Shown here: positions 24,322 through 33,260 of the stretch, in pieces | Layout: each line of letters begins with the position of its first letter | How positions within the stretch are numbered: position 1 is the stretch's first letter | Notes under the pieces: generated by a model | Told to the model about the DNA's origin: nothing | What the model saw: only the letters and a program-made list of their open reading frames with translations | The model's database searches: none | Translations under genes and position numbers: made by a program | Origin: Eubacteriales bacterium | GTDB lineage: Bacteria; Bacillota; Clostridia; Oscillospirales; CAG-272 | Length of the DNA stretch: 64,000 nt | Assembly (NCBI GenBank): GCA_045653945.1 | Contig: JAZOML010000066.1 | Span: forward strand, 9,900-73,899 | Direction: 5' to 3'

Positions 24322-26589
24322 ATGTTTTTAAACTATAAGCGAATACCGCTTGTATATATTGTGCTTTCCATACTAACTCTTGGATATTATAGCGTTGTAT
24401 ACAGGCAGCAGGCTGCACGCGACTTTAATATCGCCGTCGGAATGAAAATGATAGAGGTTCCATCAGGAAAGGAAATGCTTCTTCATTACGTAACGTTGGG
24501 TATATACACAATGATTTGGGATATGAAATTCTTGAGTCTTTGCGAGGTATATATAAAAGAAAACGGAAAAGAATCTGAGCTTGATTTTGAAAGCTACCGT
24601 TTTCTTGCGGCGGTACCGATAGTAAGATTTCTCGCAGTAAAGAATTTTGTTTCGCAAATAAACCTTGTTTGCCGTATTTACAGTGATAAGCAGCTTGAGG
24701 ACGTTGATGCCAGCGACCTTACGTTTAATCGCGTAAGAGAAGTAAACATTGATGATATTTATACTCCAGCAAAGCAAATTGATACCTCAATATACGACTT
24801 TTCTGCCGAAAAAATGGAAATGGAAAAACCCAAGGCTGTCGAAAAGGAAAAAGAAGCAGACGAGGTAGATGAGAAAAAACACGAAAGTCGAATGATAGCC
24901 GGCCACGCCGTTGTTGAGGAATATGACCCCACGCGCGACTATCGTAGGATAGGTTATCAGCTTCGTTTTGAACGTGAGGAAAAAATAGCTGAAAGGGAAG
25001 AAGAGGAAAAGAGAAGGATTGAAGCAGAGGAACAGGCAAAAAGTCTTGCGAAAGGCAATACAAATACTGTTCCCGTTATCGTTTCACACCGCAGTAAAAT
25101 GTGGTTTGTTAAGGTTGTTGCTTTGACCTTACTTGTATTCATTTTGCCATTTGCGGCTGTTGTAACGACGATTTTCGCGTTTCCAAGTGTATATGACGAA
25201 AGCTATGTTGGCTCACTTTCCAAAAAATATGAGCTTCTTAATAGTATAAACGATAAAAAGATAGTCATTATCGGCGGTGATTCAGTTGCAATGGGAATAA
25301 GCTCTCAAACTATTGAGGATGAGCTTCCGGAGTACCGAATAGTAAACTTCGGTATGGACTCTGAGCTGGGTATGAAAATGCTGATAGACCTTTCGCGTTC
25401 AGCAATAAATAGCGGAGATATTATAATTATATCTCCGGAGCTTAACGCACAGTCGATGTCGCTTAATTTTAACGGCGAAAAGGCTCTTGAGGCTCTTGAC
25501 GGCAATTTTGAATTGCTTATGCAGATAGATAGTGGAGATTACTCCGCATTGCTTGGCTCTTCAGTGCAGTTTGCGACAAATAAGCTCGGCTACATCTTTG
25601 AAGACAAAAAGCCAACCATCAGCCGTCCGGCATACGCAAAAGGCAATTTTGATGATTATTATGGAGATAACATATATAACAGACCTCTGAACGAAACCTT
25701 CGGCTTGTATAATCCGGTTAATTTTGAATTCAAAATTAATATGAAGGATAGCGAGGTAACCGAATATGAGGAGTTTATACAGTATATAAATGAATTTACT
25801 CACTATGCGGAAAGAAAGGGCGCAACAGTTTACTTTACCTTCAGTCCAATATGTAAGGCGGCCATTGACAGCTCGGTTAGTGAAAAATCTATAAGCGCAT
25901 TCTTTGACAATATTTGCGAAAATCTTCAATGCCGTGTTATAAGCGACATTAACAACTGCATTATGGACGAGGGATATTTCTACGACAGTGAATTTAACTT
26001 GAATGATGCAGGAAAAATTGCAAGAAGCCTTATGCTTGTTGATGATATAAAACGCGAAATGTTGAATGAAACGCAAAATTCTGAAACCAAACCTGTTGCT
26101 CCCGGTTATACATATCCGACAATTCGTGTTGAATCTTCTTCGGATATAACTAACGCAGAGGATTTTGAATTTGAAATGATTTTGCTTAAAAACGGAAACG
26201 ATTATGCTCACTATTATTCAATATGCGGAGTATCGGAGCAGGGCTTCCAAAAGGAGCTCCTTACGTTGCCAAACGTTCATAACGGAATACCAGTTGTTGG
26301 TATATCAGCAAATGCATTCAAGGAAGCGCCTTATCTGAAGGAAATTGAGCTTTCTAAAAATATTGCTGTAATTGCAGCTGATGCTTTTGCGGGAAGCTCT
26401 GTTAAAAAGGTATACTTTGCCGACGGAATCAAGCCTTATATGATTTTCATAGGTCAGAGCATTAGCGAACACGACGTGATAATAGACAAAGGGATAACGT
26501 TCTATGTAAATGCGGAAAATCTCTCTGCTTTCCAAAACGATAATCGTATGTGGAGTAAATACGCAAACTATATAGAGGCAAAATCTTAA
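24322..26589 (+). CDS. Multidomain membrane protein: DUF4234-like N-terminus, Glu/Lys-rich coiled coil, TM anchor, SGNH/DltD-like domain, C-terminal BspA-type leucine-rich repeats
   Basis: 755 aa. N-terminal LTLGYYSVVY / LGIYTMIWDMKF motifs. EEKIAEREEEEKRRIEAEEQ block. TM segment WFVKVVALTLLVFILPFAAVV. KIVIIGGDSVAMG (GDS). C-terminal IPVVGISANAFKEAPYLKEIELSKNIAVIAADAFAGSSVKKVYF. Confidence 0.6.
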   Translation: MFLNYKRIPLVYIVLSILTLGYYSVVYRQQAARDFNIAVGMKMIEVPSGKEMLLHYVTLGIYTMIWDMKFLSLCEVYIKENGKESELDFESYRFLAAVPIVRFLAVKNFVSQINLVCRIYSDKQLEDVDASDLTFNRVREVNIDDIYTPAKQIDTSIYDFSAEKMEMEKPKAVEKEKEADEVDEKKHESRMIAGHAVVEEYDPTRDYRRIGYQLRFEREEKIAEREEEEKRRIEAEEQAKSLAKGNTNTVPVIVSHRSKMWFVKVVALTLLVFILPFAAVVTTIFAFPSVYDESYVGSLSKKYELLNSINDKKIVIIGGDSVAMGISSQTIEDELPEYRIVNFGMDSELGMKMLIDLSRSAINSGDIIIISPELNAQSMSLNFNGEKALEALDGNFELLMQIDSGDYSALLGSSVQFATNKLGYIFEDKKPTISRPAYAKGNFDDYYGDNIYNRPLNETFGLYNPVNFEFKINMKDSEVTEYEEFIQYINEFTHYAERKGATVYFTFSPICKAAIDSSVSEKSISAFFDNICENLQCRVISDINNCIMDEGYFYDSEFNLNDAGKIARSLMLVDDIKREMLNETQNSETKPVAPGYTYPTIRVESSSDITNAEDFEFEMILLKNGNDYAHYYSICGVSEQGFQKELLTLPNVHNGIPVVGISANAFKEAPYLKEIELSKNIAVIAADAFAGSSVKKVYFADGIKPYMIFIGQSISEHDVIIDKGITFYVNAENLSAFQNDNRMWSKYANYIEAKS

Positions 26590-26596
26590 AGCTTTA

Positions 26597-26637
26597 ATAA
26601 CCCCATTTGCAATTAGTTAGTAAATGGGGTTATTTGT
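26597..26637 (+). terminator. Intrinsic terminator
   Basis: ATAACCCCATTT...AAATGGGGTTAT hairpin followed by TTTG. Confidence 0.75.
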
Positions 26638-26676
26638 CATAAATTGCGAAAAAGTTCGTAAAAAAGCAAAAAACAC

Positions 26677-26705
26677 TTGATTTTTAAAAAAGTGTGTGAT
26701 ATAAT
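26677..26705 (+). promoter_or_regulatory. Sigma-A-type promoter (TTGATT-17-TATAAT)
   Basis: Hexamers at 26677-26682 and 26700-26705 with a 17-nt spacer, 43 nt upstream of ATG 26749. Confidence 0.6.
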
Positions 26706-26748
26706 TTTCATATAGCCTATATATTATATTAAAAAATAGGAGAAAATA

Positions 26749-28164
26749 ATGAAATTACGCAATTTGTATACAGGCACACGAGCCTTTTCATATATAATAT
26801 TCGATAAATCGGACACAGATGTTACCGAAAATCTGCTCGATGAGTTCGATGCAGAGGGTTATCGCTATTGGTTTTCGCCGAAGCTCAATCCCGATGAAGT
26901 GGAGTTACAGGAAATTTCGGCTAAGCTGGATAAGGCGGTGGCAATCGTTCTTATTCTAACTAAAGGAGTTATCAATGATACTCATATCAAGAGTATGGTC
27001 GAATACGGAATTGAAAGACGCACAAGCTTTGTAATATATGCAATTGATTATTCTGCCGAAGGTACTTCATATATGAACTCTATATTAGAAAGAGCGAAAA
27101 ATGCTACGGTGGTTCGCGGTTGGGAGCAAAGCTTTGCTGAAAGCCGTACAATGAAACAAGTGCTTAGCCCAACTAAGGGACTTACCGAAAGCGAGGCGGA
27201 AAAATTTTACCGTAAGGGCATATCGGTATTCGAGGGAAACACACCTCCTACCAGATTCGAGCTTGCTGAGGGAATGAAAAACGTTATGTACGCAGCAGGT
27301 CAGGAATATGCTCCTGCACTGGTGTTCCTTGGGAATTACGCGCTTGAAATGGCAAGACAGGGAAGTGAATCATATTCTACCGCCATTGCATATTTTAAAG
27401 CAGCGGTTAAGCTTGGAAATATTGAAGCTATATATAACCTTGGCTGTATGATTGCTGACGGAGAGGGCTTTGCGCAAAATTACGATATTGCAGCGCCGTA
27501 TATTTCGATAGCGGCACTTAAGGGAATTCCTGATGCACAGTATAGATTTGCCGATATGCTCGATAATGGCTACGGTATGCCTCAGAACCGAGAGGAAGCC
27601 ACAAAATGGTATATAAAGGCTCTTGATAACGGTGATAAACGCTCTTATTTACCCCTTGCACACAGATACTTGGTAGGAGAGCATCTTCGCCGCGATGAAA
27701 ACGTGGCTACGAGATATTTTATAGCCGCAGCGGACGAGGGCAACGTTGAAGCGATATTTATGCTTGCAAAGCTCTACCGCGATGGCGTTGGAGTAAGAAA
27801 GGATATGATAAAATCCGAGGAATACTTCAGACGCTCAGCCGAAAATGAAATTGTTGAGGCTCAGTATGAATACGCCCTTATACTTATTGGTAAAGGAGAA
27901 TATAGCGAGGCGTTTAAATGGCTAAACTACGCATCTATTGAAAAAGAGTACGGCAAGAGCGCACCTGCGCATATACTCTTTAAGCTCGGTCAATGCTATA
28001 GCCTCGGATATGGCACCGATGTTGATAGAAAAACCGCATTTCTTTATTATCATAAGGCGGCACTTGCCGGGAATAAGGACGCCAAAGCGGCGCTATCTGA
28101 GTGCTACCGTCGCGGAGTTGGAGTTGCAATAAATAAGCGCGCAGCCGAATACTACGCATACTAA
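26749..28164 (+). CDS. TIR-like N-terminal domain fused to about 7 Sel1-like (SLR/TPR-type) repeats, cytoplasmic
   Basis: 471 aa with no signal peptide. The N-terminus FSYIIFDKSDTDVTENLLDEFDAEGYRYWF ... AVAIVLILTKGV...SMVEYGIE follows the TIR_2 strand/helix pattern. The C-terminal half has repeated A..G...A...LG..Y..G.GV..D...A..W/Y Sel1 units. Confidence 0.6.
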   Translation: MKLRNLYTGTRAFSYIIFDKSDTDVTENLLDEFDAEGYRYWFSPKLNPDEVELQEISAKLDKAVAIVLILTKGVINDTHIKSMVEYGIERRTSFVIYAIDYSAEGTSYMNSILERAKNATVVRGWEQSFAESRTMKQVLSPTKGLTESEAEKFYRKGISVFEGNTPPTRFELAEGMKNVMYAAGQEYAPALVFLGNYALEMARQGSESYSTAIAYFKAAVKLGNIEAIYNLGCMIADGEGFAQNYDIAAPYISIAALKGIPDAQYRFADMLDNGYGMPQNREEATKWYIKALDNGDKRSYLPLAHRYLVGEHLRRDENVATRYFIAAADEGNVEAIFMLAKLYRDGVGVRKDMIKSEEYFRRSAENEIVEAQYEYALILIGKGEYSEAFKWLNYASIEKEYGKSAPAHILFKLGQCYSLGYGTDVDRKTAFLYYHKAALAGNKDAKAALSECYRRGVGVAINKRAAEYYAY

Positions 28165-28166
28165 AT

Positions 28167-28198
28167 AAAAAACCGCAACGCATTGTTGCGGTTTTTTT
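28167..28198 (+). terminator. Intrinsic terminator
   Basis: AAAAAACCGCAAC-GCATT-GTTGCGGTTTTTTT. Confidence 0.9.
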
Positions 28199-28242
28199 GT
28201 ACCTTTTTTGCAAATACTAAATCAAAAAAGGTAGGTTTTGTT

Positions 28243-29415
28243 ATGAACGAAATTATAAATGATTACCGTCAGCTACACAAAATAGCAGAGGTAGGCTTTG
28301 AGCTTACAAATACCGTAGAATACGTAAAAAAACGACTTAATGAAATGGGAGTAAAATACACTGAAATCGGTAAAAGCTCAATTACCGCAACACTTGGTAT
28401 GGGCGAAAAATGCATTTTGCTTCGTGCGGATATGGACGCACTTCCAATCAAAGAGGAAACCTCTCTTGAATACTCCTGCGAAAACGGAAATATGCATGCT
28501 TGCGGCCACGATGCACATACGGCAATGCTACTCGGAGCGGTGAAAAAGCTCAAAGAAAATGAAAATAAGCTTAAATGCACTGTAAAGCTGCTGTTTCAAG
28601 CCGCAGAGGAAACGCTAGAGGGGGCAAAAAACGCCATAGAAAACGGAATTCTTGATAATCCAAGAGTTGATGCTGCCGCAATGCTTCACGTTGTTGTAGG
28701 CACTGAATTTGAAAACGGAAGCGTTATTGTATCAAGCGAAGGTGTAAGCGCACCTGCGGTAGAATATTTTCGCATAAAAATAAAAGGTAAGGGAGCACAC
28801 GGCAGCACTCCCGAAAAATCTAAAGACGCACTCGCACTTGCTTGTAGAATAGCCCTTGCTTTTGAAGAAATCAAGGCAAAGGAATTAGGCTTAAACGAAA
28901 AGGCAGTTATAACGGTAGGTAGCCTTATAGCAGGTAAGAGCGCAAACGTAATTCCCGATACCGCCGTTTTGCAGGGAAGTGCAAGAGCATTTAGACAGGA
29001 TACTATGCAATATATAAAGGAAAGAATAGAGAATATAAGCGAAGGCTACGCTAAGATGTATGGTCTTGCAACCGAAACCGAATTTTATAGCGGCGCACCT
29101 GCGCTTGAAAATGACGAAAAAATGTCCGAATTTGCCGTAAAATGCGCTGAAAGTACACTGGGTAAGGATAAAACCTTCACCTCGGAAATAATATCGGCGA
29201 AATCCGAGAAAAACGGACAAAAATCGGTTGGCGCAGGAAGTGAAGATTTTGCGTATATAGCAAGAGAAGTCCCCTCGGTAATGATTGCACTTTGCGCAGG
29301 AAAGGCATCGCAGGGATATACCTACCCTCTTCACCACCCAAAATTTCGCCTTGATGAAAGATCTCTTGAATACGGCAGTAAACTTCTTTGCGTCCTTGCA
29401 ACAAATTATATTTAA
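28243..29415 (+). CDS. M20D-family amidohydrolase (N-acyl-amino-acid / hippurate hydrolase-like)
   Basis: Start at ATG 28243; the longer ORF-track start runs through the terminator. HACGHDAHTAMLLGA metal-binding motif. About 390 aa. Confidence 0.85.
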   Translation: MNEIINDYRQLHKIAEVGFELTNTVEYVKKRLNEMGVKYTEIGKSSITATLGMGEKCILLRADMDALPIKEETSLEYSCENGNMHACGHDAHTAMLLGAVKKLKENENKLKCTVKLLFQAAEETLEGAKNAIENGILDNPRVDAAAMLHVVVGTEFENGSVIVSSEGVSAPAVEYFRIKIKGKGAHGSTPEKSKDALALACRIALAFEEIKAKELGLNEKAVITVGSLIAGKSANVIPDTAVLQGSARAFRQDTMQYIKERIENISEGYAKMYGLATETEFYSGAPALENDEKMSEFAVKCAESTLGKDKTFTSEIISAKSEKNGQKSVGAGSEDFAYIAREVPSVMIALCAGKASQGYTYPLHHPKFRLDERSLEYGSKLLCVLATNYI

Positions 29416-29475
29416 ATATAATGTACAAAATATATAGGGGATTTTAGTTAAAAATGTCGAAAATGTGAATTTCTA

Positions 29476-29504
29476 TTGATTTTTTGCACAATATATGGTA
29501 TTAT
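29476..29504 (+). promoter_or_regulatory. Sigma-A-type promoter (TTGATT-17-TATTAT)
   Basis: Hexamers at 29476-29481 and 29499-29504. This predicts a leader of about 80 nt before ATG 29594. Confidence 0.55.
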
Positions 29505-29593
29505 ATACTCAGTATTAACCTACCGCTTGTATACGGCGGGGTGGATAGGTAGAAAAAAGCCGTAAAAAATAAAAAAGAAAGGGAAATTCGAAA

Positions 29594-31108
29594 ATGAATA
29601 AGTTTTCACAGCTTCTCGGATTTGATGCCGAGAAAAAACAAACTAATGTCAAAACTGAGATTGTTGCAGGTATAGTTACGTTCCTTGCAATGGCTTATAT
29701 TTTGACAGTTAACCCTAATTCCATTTTGTATGCCGGAACAGGGGATCCCAGATGGCCCTCTCTCTTTATGGCTACAGCATTTGGTGCAATTATCGGTACG
29801 CTTCTTATGGCGTTCTTTGCAAAAATGCCGCTTGCTCAGGCGTCCGGAATGGGACTTAATTCACTGTTAGGAAGCATTATAGGCGGCGGAGTTGGTGCAT
29901 TTACGTATGTATTCAAATTCACCATTGGACAAGCACTTATGATGGTGCTTATATCCGGTGTTATCTTCCTTCTTCTTTCAGTAGTTTCTATTAAAGGCAA
30001 AACTGTTCGCGAAATGATATTCGATGGTATGCCCGTTGCAGTTAGAAGCGCAATTTCGGTTGGTATCGGACTTTTCATTGCCTACATTGGTTTCCAAAAT
30101 GCCGGTGTTATCATACACAACCAGTACACTCAGGTTGCTTTTGTAGATTTCACTAACTGGGGTGAGCAGGTTATAAACGTTGGTAAGGGAACTGCCTTTG
30201 CCGCACAAAGCGCAGTTGTTGCTCTCGTTGGACTCTTCCTCATTTCAATTCTTGACAAGCTTAACGTTAAGGGCTCGGTTATCCTTGGTATTATCGGTGC
30301 AACTATAGTAGGTATTCCGCTTGGAGTAACTAACGTTGAGGTTATCCTTGGAACAGACGGAATTTCTTGGAAGTTCTGGGAGAACTTTGCTAACTTCTTC
30401 ACCGTTGGAGAAACCAGCGTATTCGGCTCCTTTACGTCGGTATTTACCGAAGGCTTCCCGACAGGCTCTCTGTTTACCGTAATTATGCTTATTATCACTA
30501 TGTGTATGATAGATATGTTCGATACAATGGGAACGATAGTTGGCTGCTGCGGTGGTAACAGAATTCTCTCTGATGAAAATGATAAGCCCCACAACTACGG
30601 CAAAATTATGATCTCTGACTCTGTCGCAACCTGCGCAGGTGCAATGCTCGGTACTTCTACTGTAACCACCTTTGTTGAATCCGGAGCAGGTGTTTCTGCA
30701 GGCGGTAGAACAGGTCTTACCTCGTTTACCACTGCTTGTATGTTCCTTCTCGCAATCTTCGCTATGCCGGTGTTTGCAATGATTCCCTCTGCTGCAACCG
30801 CTTCCGCTCTTATCTACGTTGGAGTACTTATGATGAAGAACAACGTTAAGAGCGTTGATTTCAGCAATGCTATCAATGCTACATCCGCTTTCCTTACAAT
30901 CGTAGTAATGGTTCTTTCTTACTCGATTACTAAGGGTATAGGCGTTGGCTTGCTTTCCTTTACTCTTATGTCTGTTATTGCTTACGTAGTAGAGTTGATT
31001 GTTGCTTCTATCAAGAAGACCGAAAAGCCCAAGTGGAACGTTTCTATTGTTGCTATTGTAGTATCTGTTCTCTTTGCAATATACTTCTTTGTTCCTACTG
31101 TTATCTAA
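29594..31108 (+). CDS. NCS2/AzgA-family purine (adenine/guanine/hypoxanthine) permease
   Basis: 504 aa and polytopic. The N-terminal TEIVAGIVTFLAMAYILTVNP motif is typical of PbuG/AzgA-type permeases. Confidence 0.88.
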   Translation: MNKFSQLLGFDAEKKQTNVKTEIVAGIVTFLAMAYILTVNPNSILYAGTGDPRWPSLFMATAFGAIIGTLLMAFFAKMPLAQASGMGLNSLLGSIIGGGVGAFTYVFKFTIGQALMMVLISGVIFLLLSVVSIKGKTVREMIFDGMPVAVRSAISVGIGLFIAYIGFQNAGVIIHNQYTQVAFVDFTNWGEQVINVGKGTAFAAQSAVVALVGLFLISILDKLNVKGSVILGIIGATIVGIPLGVTNVEVILGTDGISWKFWENFANFFTVGETSVFGSFTSVFTEGFPTGSLFTVIMLIITMCMIDMFDTMGTIVGCCGGNRILSDENDKPHNYGKIMISDSVATCAGAMLGTSTVTTFVESGAGVSAGGRTGLTSFTTACMFLLAIFAMPVFAMIPSAATASALIYVGVLMMKNNVKSVDFSNAINATSAFLTIVVMVLSYSITKGIGVGLLSFTLMSVIAYVVELIVASIKKTEKPKWNVSIVAIVVSVLFAIYFFVPTVI

Positions 31109-31126
31109 GCTTAATAAACACCCCAA

Positions 31127-31158
31127 AAAGCCGTTACCGAGAAATCGGTAACGGCTTT
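31127..31158. terminator. Bidirectional intrinsic terminator (permease / purH-like)
   Basis: AAAGCCGTTACCGA-GAAA-TCGGTAACGGCTTT with A/T runs on both sides. Confidence 0.85.
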
Positions 31159-31269
31159 AACTTTTTATATAAATTATTTGTTTAGGTTTTACACAAAACC
31201 TTGTTTATCGATGTCTGAGATGTTTGCACAAAGGCTCTCATCACCTTTTCGCTGTCGGGCGCTCCCGAC

Positions 31270-32454
31270 TTAATGGTGGAAGAGACGCATACCGGTAAAT
31301 GCCATAGCCATACCGTACTTGTTGCAAACGTCGATTACGTTGTCATCACGGATAGAGCCGCCGGGCTGAGCAATGTAGGAAACGCCGCTCTTCTTTGCTC
31401 TTTCAATGTTGTCGGCGAAGGGGAAGAACGCATGGGAACCAAGTGCAACACCCGAAATAGTTGCAAGATAAGCCTTTTGTTCTTCTTTGGTGAACGGCTC
31501 AGGCTTGGTAGAGAAGAGAGTTTGCCAAACGCCCTCAGCAAGGACGTCCTCGTATTCGTCGGAAATGTAAACGTCGATAGCATTATCTCTGTCGGGACGC
31601 TTAACAGTGTCAAGGAAGGGAAGGTTAAGCACCTTGTCGTGCTGACGGAGATGCCAAATATCAGCCTTGTTACCTGCAAGACGTGTGCAGTGAATTCTCG
31701 ACTGCTGACCTGCGCCAACACCGATAGCCTGTCCGTCCTTTGCAAAGCAAACGGAGTTAGACTGAGTATATTTAAGAGTGATAAGAGCGATTATAAGGTC
31801 GCGCTTTGCATCATCGGGAAGAAGCTTGTTTTCGGTAACGAGATTGTCAAGGAGAGCCTCGTCGATAACGAAATTGTTTCTGCCCTGCTCAAATGTGATG
31901 CCGAAAACCTGCTTCTTTTCCTGCGGATTGGGAACGTAGTTTTCGTCAATCTTTACGATGTTGTAGCCGCCCTTTCTCTTTCCCTTGAGAATTTCAAGAG
32001 CCTCGTCGGTGTATCCGGGAGCAATAACGCCGTCGGAAACCTCACGGGCAATAAGCTTAGCGGTAGTAACGTCGCAAACGTCGGAAAGAGCAATCCAGTC
32101 GCCAAAGGAACTCATACGGTCGGTACCTCTTGCTCTTGCATAAGCGGTAGCAAGGGGGGACTGGTCAAGACCTTCAACGTCGTCAACAAAACAAGCCTTC
32201 TTAAGCTTTTCGCTCATTTTGTTGCCGATGGCGGCAGAGGTAGGGCTTACGTGCTTAAATGACGTAGCAGCGGGAACACCAAGCGCACGCTTGATTTCCA
32301 TAACGAGCTGCCAGCTGTTAAGAGCGTCAAGGAAATTGATGTATCCGGGACGTCCGTTGAGAATTTCGATAGGAAGCTCGCTGCCGTCTTCCATATAGAT
32401 TTTAGATGGCTTTTGGTTGGGGTTGCAGCCGTATTTGAGTTCGTAATCCTTCAT
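31270..32454 (-). CDS. purH: AICAR formyltransferase-only PurH-like protein (no MGS-type IMP cyclohydrolase domain)
   Basis: 394 aa. Begins KYGCNPNQ and contains FKHVSP and GAGQQSRI motifs of the AICARFT half of PurH. Confidence 0.85.
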   Translation of the reverse strand: MKDYELKYGCNPNQKPSKIYMEDGSELPIEILNGRPGYINFLDALNSWQLVMEIKRALGVPAATSFKHVSPTSAAIGNKMSEKLKKACFVDDVEGLDQSPLATAYARARGTDRMSSFGDWIALSDVCDVTTAKLIAREVSDGVIAPGYTDEALEILKGKRKGGYNIVKIDENYVPNPQEKKQVFGITFEQGRNNFVIDEALLDNLVTENKLLPDDAKRDLIIALITLKYTQSNSVCFAKDGQAIGVGAGQQSRIHCTRLAGNKADIWHLRQHDKVLNLPFLDTVKRPDRDNAIDVYISDEYEDVLAEGVWQTLFSTKPEPFTKEEQKAYLATISGVALGSHAFFPFADNIERAKKSGVSYIAQPGGSIRDDNVIDVCNKYGMAMAFTGMRLFHH

Positions 32455-32465
32455 TTTGTATCTCC

Positions 32466-33188
32466 TTAAACCTTTTTGAATTTGTTAATCATCCTGTTTT
32501 CTACCTTGCCGTCCTCAAGAGAAATATAGCGGACGTAAAGGGAAATCTTGTTGTTTTCGTTGAGAGAGGTCCAAATTTCGTTTGTAAATGCGTCGATATC
32601 GGCAGGGATGTCAATTCTTTCAGGCTCACCGACGAATGTAGGAATAGGATTTCCGTCGCAAACGTAGGTGTGAATAAAATGACCAAGTCCCTTAATAGGC
32701 GCATATTCAAAGAACTGACGGTTGCAAACCGTACCCTCGGCATCTCCGCTCTTTAAAATGCTCATTTTGTAGGAATATTCGTTATCAAAATTCATTATAG
32801 AGCTGATACGTGGAGTCCAGTTGGGATAGTCGGGCTCAAATGCTCTTGTGCGTAGAGCGTCCTCAAAAGTGCCGCCCTTGGAAACGAAATCGTAAATTGT
32901 GTCGGTCTGGTCGCCGTTGGTAACGATAAGAGCATTACCGCACTTTCTGATAGGAGAGTAGATGATAAGAGAGGGGTCCTCGACCTTGCTCTCGTCGTAG
33001 GGATAAATTGTAACGTCATCGCCGTTTTCTACAAAAATTCTATTTCTTGAATTTTCGCTTCTGCCCATTATAAAGTAGGCAAATACGGCACTCTTGCCAT
33101 CCGGAGTAAGACCGTTGATAATTCCGCGTCCAACGTAGGAATTACCCTCTACTGCTTTGCTTAATGATTTGGTTTCGTAAACGTTCAT
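32466..33188 (-). CDS. IMP cyclohydrolase-like protein (PurO-type fold family)
   Basis: Start at ATG 33188 after RBS GGGAGG; the longer ORF-track start runs into the riboswitch terminator. 240 aa. YVGRGI...FAYFIMGRS pattern. Lies immediately upstream of the AICARFT-only gene. Confidence 0.7.
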   Translation of the reverse strand: MNVYETKSLSKAVEGNSYVGRGIINGLTPDGKSAVFAYFIMGRSENSRNRIFVENGDDVTIYPYDESKVEDPSLIIYSPIRKCGNALIVTNGDQTDTIYDFVSKGGTFEDALRTRAFEPDYPNWTPRISSIMNFDNEYSYKMSILKSGDAEGTVCNRQFFEYAPIKGLGHFIHTYVCDGNPIPTFVGEPERIDIPADIDAFTNEIWTSLNENNKISLYVRYISLEDGKVENRMINKFKKV

Positions 33189-33221
33189 TTTATGTATCCT
33201 CCCAAAATTTATTATAATGTT

Positions 33222-33260
33222 AAAAATAAGGCAACTCCAAAAGACGTATTTGGAGTTGCC
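33222..33260 (-). terminator. Riboswitch expression-platform terminator
   Basis: The minus-strand RNA reads GGCAACUCCAA-AUACGUCUU-UUGGAGUUGCC followed by UUAUUUUU. Its 5' arm overlaps the 3' end (UGGGCA) of the ZTP aptamer. Confidence 0.8.

Noticed and set aside
24815-25056. Glu/Lys-rich block inside the 755-aa ORF as a possible gene boundary, frameshift or tandem DNA repeat
   Set aside because: The frame is continuous with no stop or internal RBS. The nucleotide sequence is not a perfect repeat. It reads as a charged coiled-coil linker.
29505-29593. Guanine/adenine (purine) riboswitch upstream of the purine permease
   Set aside because: The leader is too short for the three-way-junction aptamer. 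It lacks the conserved junction and loop sequences I can recall, so only an unclassified hairpin is reported.
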